In this document: positions 32,955-47,058 of the stretch, one piece after another
How positions within the stretch are numbered: the first letter of the stretch is position 1
Layout: every line of letters begins with the position of its first letter
Source: the human T2T-CHM13v2.0 reference genome, Homo sapiens
Assembly (NCBI RefSeq): GCF_009914755.1
Contig: NC_060928.1
DNA length: 64,000 bases
Strand: one strand, 5' to 3'
Translations under genes and position numbers: made by a program
The notes under the pieces: model-generated
The model's database searches: none
Seen by the model: the letters and a program-made list of their open reading frames with translations, nothing else
Told to the model about the DNA's origin: nothing

Positions 32955-33025
32955 TGCATGTGGGTTTTTTAAATCTGCTGCACATGGTCTTTTCACTCAA
33001 TGACCTTTAAGAAATTGGGTATCTC

Positions 33026-33428
<403 letters not shown>

Positions 33429-33473
33429 CAATCTCCTTGACTTTCTGCAGGAACTGTTGCTATTAGACTAAAG

Positions 33474-33650
33474 CAGTGGTTCCCAAGGTATGGGCCTAGG
33501 ACCAGCCAGCATCAGTGTCATGTGGGAGCCTGTTAGAAACGCACATCCTCAGGCTCCACCCAGACCTGAATCAGACACCTGGGGTGGGCCCCACTGTCTG
33601 TGTCTCCATGAGCTCTCCAGGTGGTTCTGGTGTGCACTCCAGTCTGACAT
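33474..33650. mobile_element. MER5A-like DNA transposon
   Basis: cagtggttcccaagg...accagccagcatcag...cagacctgaatcaga. Confidence 0.65.
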
Positions 33651-34080
33651 GGGCAGGAGATCTTGGTGCCCTGCCTTTAAGGCTCCCTTCACATCCTCCA
33701 CGATGCATGGAGCTGAGTCTTGCATGGAGCTGAGTCTTGCGTGAGGTTGGCACCCAGTTGTTTTTAAAGGAATGATGACAATAGCAGCCAGCACTGTTTA
33801 GGGTCCTGCGTTCTGGGCCATACGATGGCTCTTCTCCCTTACTCCTCCCAAGCCCTGTGAGCAGGGAAAGTGTCACTATCCCAGTACCAGAGATGAGAAA
33901 GCTGAGGCATAGGAAACCAAAATCATTCAACCAATGCCACAGAGCTATTAAAAGGCAGAAGCAGGATTTTGATCCAAACTCTCCTAACTTCAGGTCCCAG
34001 CTTTTAATCCCTACATGGCTATAATGGCTGTTGAATTATTAATCTGTTAAATTACTTTAAAGGAAATCCACCACCTGGTT

Positions 34081-34320
34081 CTTGAGAGCTTGTTTGGAGG
34101 CTCTAGCAGGGCAGCACAGCTACTCATATACCCTTGACCGAAGACCGATCCTCCTCTATTGGGGATGGTCATCCTCTTTGACTGGGTGCACAGCTTTCGG
34201 AGGGATGCACATGGAGTCGTGAGAGAGCAAGGGGACACCTGCCTAGCCAGCCAGATTAGCCGAAGCAACCCTGGCAATCAATGGCATGACAGGTGTCGCA
34301 GCCAGATCACTCTCGCATCC
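34081..34320 (-). pseudogene. 7SK snRNA retropseudogene, nt ~1-240, 3'-truncated and tailless
   Basis: Reverse complement ggatgcgagagtgatctggctgcgaca...ccaaacaagctctcaag is colinear with RN7SK; TSD cacctggttctt. Possibly RN7SKP275 (recall, unverified). Confidence 0.93.
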
Positions 34321-35538
34321 CGTCACCTGGTTCTTATAAGTCAGTGTCTCTTAACCCTGACTGCTCATTAGAACCATGTGGAAGCCTTACATACCACCAA
34401 TGCCTGCACCTCCCAGCCCACCCAAGTGACTCAGAATCTGGCCCTCAGGTCTGGACATCAGCATGTTTTCAGAACAGCTGCCCTGAACAGTGAACTTCCA
34501 CATGGTATTGAAGTGGAACCTGCTTAAGTTGGCACCCACTGTTTTGGGACAGCCCCTAAAGAGTGGCAGCCATGATCAGCAGATGCAACCCCTGCTAGCT
34601 ATCCCTGTGGGCTGTGACTGCAGCCACTCAATGGGCATAGGTGGGAGATTTCTGCAGTGACAGGTGTGTGTGAACTGGCAGGGGGCTCTGACTTCCAGCT
34701 CCACCTGTGGACCCTGGTGTGCCCCCCCCCGCCTTTCTAAGTATGTGCCAGGTCCTTACCAGTCCCATTTGGTCTCATCCTACCATGAGCTGGAAGTGGA
34801 GAAGTCTCCATTATTCCCCCTGCTTTCAGGGAGGCAATGAGCCCAGGGCACCCAGCAGCTCGCCCAAGGTCACAGCTGTTAAATGACAGTCCCGGGGCCA
34901 GGCCTCTGTCTTTTCATTCTTGGCCCCTGTGCCTTTTCAGTAGATAAGCTACAGGGTTTTGGCAAGTTGGGAGGCCCGCTGGGATGCCAGGTCATAGTCT
35001 TCAGCTGTTCTTATGCTACCTCACTCCTTATTAGCTGAAACTCAATTAGAAGAGAAGCTAAAAAGTGTCCCCTTGGCTACAAATGAGGCCACTTCATTAG
35101 GTCACAGAGATCACCTCGTAGCTGTCCAGGTATAAATTTTATTACAATTTGGTGCCTCCCATTACCAAGTTGGAAATCCTAAGATGAGGCAGCTAATTCT
35201 TTCTATTTGTAATTGGATGCTTCTCCAGACATCAGAGAGGCAGCCTGTTACAGGCTCCAGTCCCAGAAAGAAACATGGGGGCTGAAAGTCTGGTCCCTGC
35301 CCTAACAGTCCCTCACTGGATGACCTTGCAGAAGCAGCCTGACCTCTCAGTTTCTCCCTGGCTATAAAGAGATGAGTGCAGATGGCGCTTCCAACAACAG
35401 TGACCCAGACGGGGCACAACATCAATAGAGCGTGAAGAGCAGAGGCACATTAATTGCCCTGAGACCCCCTCCTTCAGAGTCCCCGCTAACCTTGAGGGAT
35501 GCCCAATTCATGGAAACTCATTTGCCCTCTAACTGCAG

Positions 35539-35664
35539 CTCCTGACCAAGGATCCTGAGAGCCGCGTGTCCAGCCTTCATGACATACAGAGCGTGCCCTA
35601 CTTGGCCGACATGAACTGGGACGCGGTGTTCAAGAAGGCACTGATGCCCGGCTTTGTGCCCAAT
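35539..35664 (+). CDS. STK32B: STK32B coding exon (likely exon 9): [42 protein letters not shown]
   Basis: ctctaactgcag|CTC ... AAT|gtgagt; 126 bp, phase 0-0; subdomain XI (DPESR) and AGC-tail PxFVP. Confidence 0.95.
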
Positions 35665-37501
35665 GTGAGTGGAAGTCCCACCTGATGTCATGCCACCCCT
35701 CTGCAGGGTCCCCGCCTTGGTGCAAAGCAAGACTTTGGCAGCTGGCTAGTGAGCCCTCTGCTGGCCACTTCCACCTGAGCACCAAGGGCTTATGTCTTGC
35801 TGGAATTCAGGGTGAACTTGGGCCTGATTTCCAGGGTCCCAGCCGTACAGCTTCCCTCCTTGTGGTAGGTCCTTTGGGGGTGCCAAGCCTTCTCTCTGTC
35901 ACTGAATCCCACCTCCAGGTGCTCAGGTCCAGGTGTGGGGATAGCAGGCTGATCTGCCCTTCTGCCTCCACAGAGCTGACTGCCGAGTAGAGGAAGACAG
36001 GCAATGACCTACCCCGACAGGGCAGTCAGCACTTGTTGCACAAGCTCGGAAGAGGGAGAGGTGGGATGGGAGGGGCAGAGGCAGGGGCTTCTTTTAGGAA
36101 GGGTCGGCAGAGACCTAGAGGTAAAGTGAGGGAACCAGGACTGCAGGGATGGGCACTGAGCCTTCCAGGCAAAGGGATCGACAAGATCACACTCTTGAAG
36201 GCAGCAGAAAGCCTGGGTTTCAAAGAACAATTTTATAGCATTTAAGGGAATAAACCAGAGGGAATATAATAGGAAATGGGGCCAGGAGGGAACACATGCC
36301 ACACCAAAAAGGCTTCCAGAGGCCACGGTCAAAGTTTTAGGTTTTGTCCCCCAGAAACTGGAGTGTTTAAGGCAGGGAAGTGAAAGCATTGGATTTACAT
36401 TTTAAAGGAGGGTTCTGGCAGGAGCTGGAGGCTCCTGGGTCCTCCAGGACAGACGCTGAAAGTTTGGACCTGCCTGGAAGCCTCTTGTGGTCCCTTCCTG
36501 TTGAGCAGTTGCATTTCTCCTAGAGGGAATTGCAGAGAGCACCTGAGGAATAGTGACAATTGGGATGGAAATCCTGGGTGACATTCCAGTTCAGCCACCT
36601 CTGCCATCTGTGACCTAGGAGAGCACACCCCACCCGCTCACCTGTCCTTGCCCTGCCCGGTAGCAGTGGTATGAGCAGGAAAGAGACAACATTTGCTCTT
36701 TGTTGTTGCCTGTTCCAGCCCCGTATTATGTGAATGGAGGTGGAGACTCCAGCCTGGAAGGCAAGAGATTTCTAGGCTGGTTCCTGGGGAGCCTCAGACG
36801 TCCCTGGCTAGTGTTTCATGTCAGATTATTTTAAAGACTTCCGTCACTCCTTTTGGTGCAAAAATAATGTCTCCCCACATCAGTTTCTCCAAGAGTGCCA
36901 GGCTTCCAGACCTTTTTCACAAACCGTGGTAGCAGCGCACACGCACGTTTCTGAACACAGACCCTCCCCAGCCTGCCCAGTGTTCACCACTGAATCCAAC
37001 CGAAGCCAAGCCTGGCTGATGCTCATCTGTTCCCGTCCTCTCCCTGTGAGCAGCGTTGTATCCCCACCTGCTTAGCCAGTTCACCTGGTCCAGGGCTGGC
37101 CCTGCTCTCCCCTGAGCCCACCTTTCTCCCCACTTCCCTCGCAGGCAGGGCTCCAGACAGGCTATGGAATGGCAGGTCGCACAGGGCTTCGTCCTTCATT
37201 CTTCCAGGCCTGGCCATGTGCCGTTCCCACTGCCTGGACCTCCTTCTGCCCGCCCAGACCTGCCTAACCTTAGGGAATCTGCCCGGCTGGAAGGCTTCCT
37301 TGACCCCAGAGTGGACATGGTGCTGCCTCTGAGTTCAGAAAGCTCCCTGGCTCTTCAGACACCCCTCGGACTGCTGTGGGAACAGGCCATGGGGACAAAG
37401 TGTCCAGGGCAGGCTTAGCATAGAGTGGCTGTTCAGGTAGAGCTCTCTGCTGTTCTCCCAATATAATTATTTTAGGGTTTCACTTGGCCAACTGGGAGCT
37501 C

Positions 37502-37862
37502 TGTGTGCCTGTGTGGGTATGTGTGGAAGTGTGTCTGTGTGTATGCCTGTGCATCTGTGTGTGCATGCCAGTGCATTTGTGTGTACCCATGTGTCTGTGT
37601 GTCTGTACGTCTGTATGTCTGTGTGCATGCCCGTGGTGTGTGTGCCTATATGTCTATGTGTGCCTGTGTATCTGCGTGTGTGTGCCTCTGTTTTTGTGTC
37701 TGTATGTGTGTGTGTGTATGTGTCTGTGTGTGTGTACCTGCTTGTGTGTCTGTGTGTCTGTATGTCTATATGTGTCCGTGTGCCTGTGTGTGTGCCTATA
37801 TGTCTGTGTGTGCCTGTGCATCTGTGTGTGTGTGTGCATCTGTGTGTGTGTGTGGTGTGCAA
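37502..37862. repeat. Degenerate (TG)-rich low-complexity tract
   Basis: Directly visible. Confidence 0.92.
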
Positions 37863-38879
37863 GTGTGCCTTGGGGCCGGCAGGGGCAGCTGCGGGGGCAA
37901 TGGCTCAATGCTGGGGGCAGGCAGTCTGCATCCCATTTCCCACCCTATTCCGCTGGCCAATGAGAAAGTGAAAAGCACAGACCTTACTGTCACCATCTGT
38001 GTCCCCCAAACACCTACACCCACCAGCACTGTGCTGCACAGGAGCTGGACCCCTGGGAAGAAAACAGCCCCAGGGCTGCCAGGGAGCTTACAGACAACAG
38101 TGCACAGCCCCCACTGCGGGTCGACCTTTGGGGAGGGACCACTCTGGGATGGGGGACTCTCCTTTGCCTTGTACAGTGTTGAGCAGCACCCCGGGACTGT
38201 ACTCATGAGATGCCAGTAGCATCCCCTCTGTTGTGCAAACAAAAATGTCTCCAGACATTGCCAAGCATCCCCTGAGGATAAAGTTGTTCCCAGTTGACAA
38301 CCACAAGGGTAGGGTTTTGTGGAGCCATAAGCCAATAAACCTACAAAGACAGAAAATAAACCACAGGGCAGGGCCCTCGGAAGGAGACCCGCAGGCTCTG
38401 CTGAGCCGGGAGTAAAGGTTTGGGTCTCTTCTGCCGTCTCTGTGACCTCAGGCGGCTGCACCCTAGTTCTTCACAGATCCGATGAGAAACCAGGACCCTC
38501 ACAGAGCCTGGGGAGTAGAGCCCGGAGGCTTCCAAAGCCTCTGCTCTGCGCGCATTCCCGTGGCTGACTTCCTTCCTAATGCACATTTTGGACAGTCCAG
38601 AGAAATATGCCTGCCTTCTTCACGGGCTCTGATCTGCCAAACTCAGGGTGAGACTGGCGAAGGCTAAGAATCTCGATGCAGTCCTGCACATCAGGCACAA
38701 ATTGCCTAATTAACACTTCCTCGAGTGCTGTCTGAGCCTTCCCTGAGGCTGTGTGCTGGGATGCCCTGGGGGGCATCTGGGGTCAGCCTGTGGCTTTGCC
38801 ATATTGTGTGCCTGAGCCTGTTGGCAGGTGCCTGCCTTTGCAGCACCCTGGCCTGCTGCTCCTCCTCAGCCCCTCTCCT

Positions 38880-39105
38880 GCACACACCCACACACTGATG
38901 CACACTCACACACTCACAGTCACACTCACACATAGACACACATGCACACTCATTCCCCCACACACATATGCACACGTGCCCCCACACACAGTCTCACACA
39001 CATACCTACTCATCCTACACAAGCACATGCATTCACATATATACTCACCCACACACACCTTCACACACATGCACACTCCCATACAAACACACACACACAC
39101 AAGCA
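38880..39105. repeat. Degenerate (CA)-rich low-complexity tract
   Basis: Directly visible. Confidence 0.92.
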
Positions 39106-39329
39106 AGCCCCCTACCACATGCCCACCTACAGGGCAGTGAGCCTCAGCCCCACCCACAGGTCTGTAGCCTCCCCTCTGGCTGTGCTATCTCCTAGCTGGA
39201 ACCTTGCACAGGCCGCTTTCTCTTCCGGGGATCCCTTCCTCTCCTTGTCCACAAGGCAGTCTCCTACCCCTCCTTCAAGACAGCATAAAGCAAGGACTGG
39301 CCCAGTTGCCAGTCTCAGCAGAAGCCTTC

Positions 39330-39733
39330 TGTATTAGGCCATTCTTGCATTGCTATAAAGGAATAACTGAGGTTGGGTAATTTATAAAGAAGAGAGGCTT
39401 AACTGGCTTACAGTCCTGCGGGCTGTACAGGAAGCATGGCACCTGCATCAGCTTTGCTTCTGGGGAGGCATCAGGGAGCTTCCAGTCAGGGCGGAAGGTG
39501 AAGCAAGAGCAGGTGTGTCACGTGGCAGGAGCAGGAACAGCAGTGGGGGTGGGGGGTGCCACACGCTCTTAAACTACCAGATGTCTCACCAGAGCTCACT
39601 CACTATTGTGAGGACAGCACCTAGCCATGAGGGATCCGTCCCCATGAACCAAACACCTCCCACCAGGCCCCACCTCCCAAACTGGGAATTACATCTCAAC
39701 ATGAGATTTGCAGGGGACAGGCAAGTTATGTCA
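39330..39733 (-). mobile_element. MST-type MaLR solo LTR
   Basis: tgtattaggccattcttgcattgctataaag...tca; 5-bp TSD ccttc on both sides. Confidence 0.88.
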
Positions 39734-42140
39734 CCTTCTGAAGGAAAGACAAGCCCAAGCTTGGCCTCCTCTGGGACATTCCCAGCCAGCGCCACCACCT
39801 CCCTGCACAGAGCAGGCCTCAGCCTCTCCTGCAACCCTCTGCACAAGTGCCTAGGGATACATCAGTGGTGAGAACACTCTGTCGCAGTGCGCCTGCCATC
39901 CTGCTGGGAGCTTCGGAGGGTGAGGGCCGCGAAGTGTTGGCTGACCTCTCTCTGCCTGAGCCAGACCCCAGAACAATGGGTGACAATAGAAGGCACTAGA
40001 AGGCCTAAGTGTGTGCTTGTCACGTGAATGAACGAATCATGATGGCCAACAGGTCTGAGCGTGTTCTGTGTACCTGCCATTGTTCTGATAACTTTGTGTG
40101 ACGTATCTTGTGTCAGCTTCACACCAGTCCTGGGCAGTGGATCCTGTTAATGGCATTCTCAGCAAGGTTAGGCAACTTGCCCAAGATTTCTCAGTGAGAA
40201 ATTGAGAGTTTGAATTCAGATGGTCTAGATCCAGAACCTGCATTTTTATGAATGAATGAATGAGTGGCAGGCAAAACAAGGCAGAGCCTGCATATTTATG
40301 AACGAATGAATGAATGAATGAGTGGCAGGTAAAACAGGTCTGGAGAGACCTGGGCCTGAGATTCAACTTGCTCCTTAGGGGAGGGCAACTTCTGGAGGAC
40401 AGATGTGTGAAATCAGGGAAGGTGATCATAGTTGAGTTCCAGGAGTTGGTGATGATGGACAAAGCCCAGTGCCAGGCAGGGGAAGGGAGAGGCCATTGGT
40501 ACCGCGAACCCAAGGAGGGTCCACAGCAGGTCACAACAGAAAGGATGAGGCCCAGCCTCTAGGACTGAGAAAGCAAGGGGCAAAGGACATAGGACTCCAC
40601 TCCATTAGCCCACGAATGACACAGTGACAACAACTCGGTAACATTTATTGGGCAACTCCTGTGTGGCAGGGGCTGGGCTAGGAGCTTTTCTTGCATTTTC
40701 TCATGTCAGCCTCACAGACTTGCACTAGTGCCCTCATCTTACAATATGGAAACTGAGGCCCATAGAGGTTTAGGGAGTTCCTGGGAGTTAGGGAAGCCAG
40801 GACTTTCCCCAGTTCTGTCTGCAAAGTCCCTGTCTTCCTCCTGCCCCCAGGTCATGGCAAAGGCACTGGCTGGCATCAAGCAGATTAGGGAGCATGGCCA
40901 AGACAAGTTCAGCTTTAGGTAGCAAGACCCTTTCTTGTAAATTGGGTTCAAGGCCAGGAATCCTAGGGAGGTGAGGGGACAGCAGAGAAGCAGAGGGAAT
41001 GGCCAGTTGTGGAACGGCCACCATGGTCAGGCATCCACCGTTCTGGAAGCTTGGCAAACTCTTATCATCTGATCCCTCAACAAACTCTGAGCCTGCCATA
41101 TTTCACAATGATGAGGAAACTGAGGCAGAGAGAGGTTATGAATCTCCCTCAGCATCACGCAGGTAAAAGGAGAGGACACAGGGCCCAGTGGCAAGGCTGG
41201 CTGACCTCAAGGCTGTGCCTCGCCTCTCTCCTTCTTGGCCAGGTCACAGCAGGCCCAGGTCCTAACAGGCCCAGGGACCACCACTGTAGGGAGGACTTGC
41301 TTCATGCCTGGCCCTACTTGGAGTACTTTATAGATATTATATTATTAATTCCCTATATGGGAATTATTGTTACCCAAACTTTACAGCTAATGAACTGAGT
41401 CCCAAGGAAGTCATGAAACTTACAAGATCAGGAAGTAGCAGAACTGGGATTTTTCCCCTGTGCGCTCCAAAGCTGCTGTTATAGCCACCGGGCTGCATTG
41501 CCTTTGGGGACCGGCACCTGGGGCCATCATCTGGGCTACAGCTGAGGAATGAAAGTGGCTACCAGGAATCTGGGTCCAAGGCCCAGAAGTCAGGGAGACC
41601 TAAATTCCTCCTGACCACAGCGGGAGGAGCCCCTGGCCAGGAGCAGGGCCAGGCCGGAGGGTCAGCTGACTCTAGCTGCCAGGGGGCGGGAGGTGGGGGT
41701 ACGGAGCAGGGAACCAGGGCAGGAAGTTGGGCAGATTTTGAGCTGAAATTGTATTCTTAAGTTATTTAGAATGATTTTTATAAAAAAGATAGTAATGACA
41801 GGACAATGTGCATAGGATAAAATAATAAGTGAAAAAATCAGATTCGAAAACTGAACTCAGCCTAGTATGAAAAACAGGCATAGAAAGGGGCCTAAGGAAA
41901 TACCTGGATGTTAACAGGAGTGCGGTTGCCCCAGGGGGACTATGTGTAAATATATGATGTGTACAGTGAGAACGTGTTGCTTTTTATCATCAGAAAACAG
42001 AAACAAAGGTAACCCGTGTATCCAACAAGAGTAAGTTCATCATTACTTGTTGAATGAATGAATGGTTGAATTAATGAAAAGAAAATTCAGTGATGGGTGG
42101 AACGCAGACAGACCATGTTTTCTTTTCTACTCCCCTTTAG

Positions 42141-42326
<186 letters not shown>

Positions 42327-42629
42327 TGACTGAGCCAGGCCACTGTTTAGCAAAAAGGGGACATTTCAATCCTCCCTTCCAATTTCCTTATTTTGCAGTA
42401 AATAAAATGCTACTATCAAACAAGTAGGGGGAAAGAGTGAAGTAAGGCATTCACACTCCTGGCATTCCTTGAGCGCTATTCCTACAGCAGGAAGCTTGTG
42501 TAGCTCTAAGGCAGGGGGAGGGACCCAGCGGTCCCACTGCGCCCTTGAGAAAGATTTTGTACCGCAGAGGCCCCCAGGGGCTGCACGATGACTTTTGTGG
42601 GTCCTGGGCACTTTGCCTCTGTGGGCCTC

Positions 42630-43074
42630 TGTATTCGTTTCCTGGGGCTGCCACAAGCTAGGTGGCTTAAAACAACCCACATTGATTCTCTCACGGTTCT
42701 GGAGGCCAGAAATCCAAACTCAAGGTCTCCGCAGAGCCCAGCTCTCTCCAAAGGCTATAGGGGAGGGGCCGTCCTTGGCTCCCCAGGCTTCGAGTGGCGG
42801 CCGGCCCCCTTGTCCTTCGCTGGCTCGCAGCTGCATGGTTCCAGTCTCTCCCTCCGTCACTGCATGGCCTTATTCTCTGTGTCTTCGCATGTCTTCATAT
42901 GGCCTTCATATAAGGACCCCAGTCATTGGGCTTAGGGCCTACCTAATTCACTGTGACTTCATCTTAACTGGATTACATCTGTAAAGGTTCTATTTCCAAA
43001 TAACGTCATGTTTATAAGTACTGGGGGGCTGGGACTCAAGATACCTTTCAGAGGACACAATTCAACACACAACA
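42630..43074 (-). mobile_element. MLT1-type MaLR LTR
   Basis: tgtattcgtttcc...ttcaacacacaaca. Confidence 0.8.
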
Positions 43075-43444
43075 CCCCCCTCCCCTATGCAAGTGGAGCC
43101 CCTGGCATCATGGTTGTGAATTTCTGGTTTTCCATGCCCCTCACGTGGGCCTTAAGTGGTCAGGAAAATAAGCTCATGAATTTCAGCCCATATTCCATTC
43201 TAACATGGCTTTTAAGTTGGATTTCATGGCTTAACGTGGAGAAAAGCATCTTTGTCCACCAGGCTACCTTTGGACACAGCCACCCATGCAGTCAGGGTCA
43301 GCCCCAGACACTTAGCTTGGCTTGTCCCGGTCCCAAGCATCTGAGGTTTCCATCTAGGTCAGTCTGCCGTCCTGTGATGCTCCATTACCGCGCGTCCCCG
43401 GACCGTGCTTTGTCATTTAGTCACCCCTCTGTGCTCTTTGACAG

Positions 43445-43509
43445 AATGGACACCTGCAGCACTGTTTGGAGACTGTCCGGGAGGAATTCATCATATTCAA
43501 CAGAGAGAA
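43445..43509 (+). CDS. STK32B: STK32B coding exon (likely exon 11): NGHLQHCLETVREEFIIFNRE(K)
   Basis: gctctttgacag|AAT ... GAGAA|gtaagt; 65 bp, phase 0-2; FIIFNR motif; the final exon was not found in the window. Confidence 0.93.
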
Positions 43510-44219
43510 GTAAGTCCTTCACACTGTCCCCCTTGGGCAAAGCCTGTCCTAAGTGACCCAAGGTCCTCCTGGCAGAATCACAGTCCCTGCCCCCCAAACC
43601 GGCCTTGACGACAAAAGGGAAGGTATCACTGAGGTGAGACACAGGGCTCTGGTGGGGGGTGAAACTCCTGGATTTTGAATTAGACAGGGCTCCGATCCTG
43701 CCTCTGCTGTGTGGCCTGAGCCAGTCTCTGGGAGCTCCCATGAGAATGGGGAGGCTGCAGCAGCCCTGAGCGGGCACACAGGAACACAGGCGGAGAGGCA
43801 GGCTCACTGTGATGAAAAGTAAGAGCGCTGGGGTCAAGTTGCCTGGGGCCAAGTCCTGGCTCTGCCACTGCAGAGTGACCTTGCCCTGCCTGAGCCTCCT
43901 GGTCAGCATCAGCCCAGTGGAGAGGCCTCCTTAAGACGCGGGGCTGTGAGAATTAAATGAGGCTGTGGTCCCGCAGCACCTGGTATGGAAGGGGTTCTCA
44001 ACACGGCAAGGTAATGACGATTGTTACTAATATTTACTTGGGTAAGGTCGGTGGGGGATGCTGGAACCTCAGCAGCCTGGGATGGGAAAAGAGACACAGG
44101 GAATCTGGGAGGGGCTAGGTGGGGTGTGCCCTGGCCATGGGACTGCCCTCTAAGGGGCTGGTCAACAAAGCAGGCAGACACCTCAGGCTCGGTTCCAGCC
44201 AATGATAGTATCTAGAGGA

Positions 44220-44507
<288 letters not shown>

Positions 44508-46619
44508 TTATCGAGGGGATTTGTGGCTGTGGCTGACTTGTCAGAGCTGGGGCTCCAGCAGGGGCAGCCGATGAGCCCCATTGGACCCACACTAAGCCAA
44601 GCTTTGGGTTGGTGGAGGCAAATCAGAGATGCTTCCTGCCCTCCAGGAGATTCAAATATTGATTGACTCAAAAAATCATTGATTACAGGCCCTTATGCAA
44701 TCCCCAGTATTCAACCGTTTTGGCTTTCAGCAGATGCTAACAGCGCAGGAAACACGTGCTAAGGCCAAGGGCCACCCAGGGCAGTGCATGTCACAGCAGA
44801 CACCTGGCTCAGCCTGGGTGGTTGGGGAAGTTCTCTAGGTGGCGTGCTGGGCCAAGTCCTAAGGGACATGTAGGGGAAAACGCGGCATTCCAGGAGTAGG
44901 AAAAGTGCACAGAGAAGGAAGACAGCATGGCTGCCGCAGGGCCTAGAGAGTGAGGAGAGGTGAGGGATGGGGCAGGGATGGGTGTTTGGGTTCCAGCCAT
45001 GGGCCAGTGGGCAGGACAGGGCCCCAGTCCCAGTCGATGCTGGGGAGGCAAAGGAGGCAGCAGCCTTTCACTGACCCTGAGTGGCTATAGCTCTGAGGGC
45101 CAATGGGTGCCCAGATCAGCACAGACACACACACCAGGCTTGGGCAGCAAGCCTCACCTGCTAGAGGACCACATGTTGGGGTCTCCCAGCTCTGGCCAAC
45201 AACACAGGAAGGGCCTCTGCAGCCACAGCCCATCAGACTTGGGGAAGACGGGGGCTGATGTCGTGAGTGGTTTCGGAGCTTATCCCAATTTGCCTGTGGT
45301 CCTGCCTGCTCTGAGGCTCATGGCCCTTCCCCCAGACTTAGAAACCCAGACCCAGGAACTTCTGCTCAAAGAGCATCAGTGATCTTGGGCTCAGGCAGCC
45401 TTCATTCTCTGTGTGTGGGCCGTGGAGTCCAATGAGAGCAGCTGCTGGCAAACGTGAGCCTGCAAAAAGCTAAGCTGTGTGGGACCCAAGCAGACAGCAA
45501 TCTCATTTCACCTTTTGCTGTGTGCCAGAACATGCTTCAATTTGGATTCTTCCTTTTAAAAGGAAATGAGAATGAGACATCCTTCCCTGTGTCATTTAGG
45601 AGTTGCGTCTGCTGCTTTTAGCAGAAACCTCACTATATAGGAGCTTCAGCCGAGTAGATGTTTTCTTCCTCACGTGTAAATGGGAATTGATGAGGGAAAT
45701 GCAGTTGGCCTGTGGACACCCCTGAGATTTGCAGTCAGCCTATGGACACCATTGAGATTTGGCATCGGGGATTGGAAGTGAGGCTGGCATAGTTTACCGG
45801 AGTCGGCAAAATAAAGAAAGAGGGCAGACGTCATGTGTTCCTGACAATGGGGAGCCACAGAGAGCATGGCTATGGGGGAAGCTGTTGGCTGAGGTCTGAG
45901 CTGTAGTTCTTCTTCTTCATCCTGTCTCTGCTTACCTAAGTGCTTCCTCTGCGGCCCTGATGGCTGATAGGCTTCCTGTCACAGCAGGCGTGCAGGCTTA
46001 CTGCCATATAAAGGTGTCCAGGAGAGGGTTTTGCTGTGTCCCCCAAGATGCATCAGCCGACCCCATCCCCACCTCATCTTGTGGGAAGAGAGCCATGCTC
46101 CATCTACCCACAGTCCTCCCTTGCTGCAGTTTCTCAGCAGTAAAAAAAATGCCTATGAGAAGTTGATTCATGACTCATGATTGCCTCAAAACAAGCATTT
46201 TTACTTTAAACCAAGAAAAAAGTGAGACCTGTTTATCCTTCACTTCTGTCTGGAATCCCATGTTAGAGGCACTGCTGGCACTTGAGTAGCTGGAAAATTA
46301 AATCGAGCACCTTCTTCCCCACTTGAGCAGTGTAGTGAGTCGAGGGCTGGTCAGGGGGAGCCAAGCATCAAGCCAGGCTTGTCGTCATGCTCCGCCTGGA
46401 CCACGTCCCCGGTCCCCAGCAGTTCCGCCTCCTTTCAATCTCTGCAGACCTGGCCATCAGCCTGACACCAGTTGCTCCTGCAGAATATGCAGGGGCATGC
46501 AGGATCCCTGCACAGTGGGGGCTGCAAAGATAAATCACACATCACACAGGAGGGCCACAGTCCCAGGGGGACAATCAGAATTGTCTGAGGGCCTGTTAGC
46601 ATCTAGAGATACTGCACCT

Positions 46620-47058
46620 GCTGCAGGTTGCATGGTGTCCCTCAAAAAGATATGTCGAAGCCCTAAGCCCCCCTACTTCAGAATGTGACCTTATTTGGAA
46701 ATAGGGTGGGTGCAGATGTAATGAGTTATGATGAGGTCAGACTGGAGTAGGGTGGGTGCCTAATCCAACATGACTGGTGTCTGTCCTGACAAGAGAAGAG
46801 GTGCAGGCATGGGGAGAAGGCCACGGGAAGATTGTAGTGATGCAGGTACAAGCCAACGAGCACCCAGCATTGGCGGCCATCCAGCGCTGGGAGGAAGGAC
46901 TGGAGCGGATTCTCCCTCAGAGCCCTCAGAAGGAGCCAACCCTGCCCACACCTTGATTTCAGACTCTAGCCTCTAGAGCTATGGGGAATACATTTCTGTT
47001 GTTTAAAGCCACCCAGTTGGTGGTAACTTAGTTACGGCCACCCAGAGAAACTAATACA
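46620..47058 (+). mobile_element. MLT1-type MaLR LTR
   Basis: gaatgtgaccttatttggaaatagg...aaactaataca. Confidence 0.8.

Noticed and set aside
37467-38219. Long Cys/Val- and His/Thr-rich ORFs (up to 238 aa)
   Set aside because: Translation artefacts of the TG/CA low-complexity tract.
43008-43556. 182-aa ORF overlapping the last exon found
   Set aside because: Different frame from STK32B, begins in an LTR, no recognisable domain.
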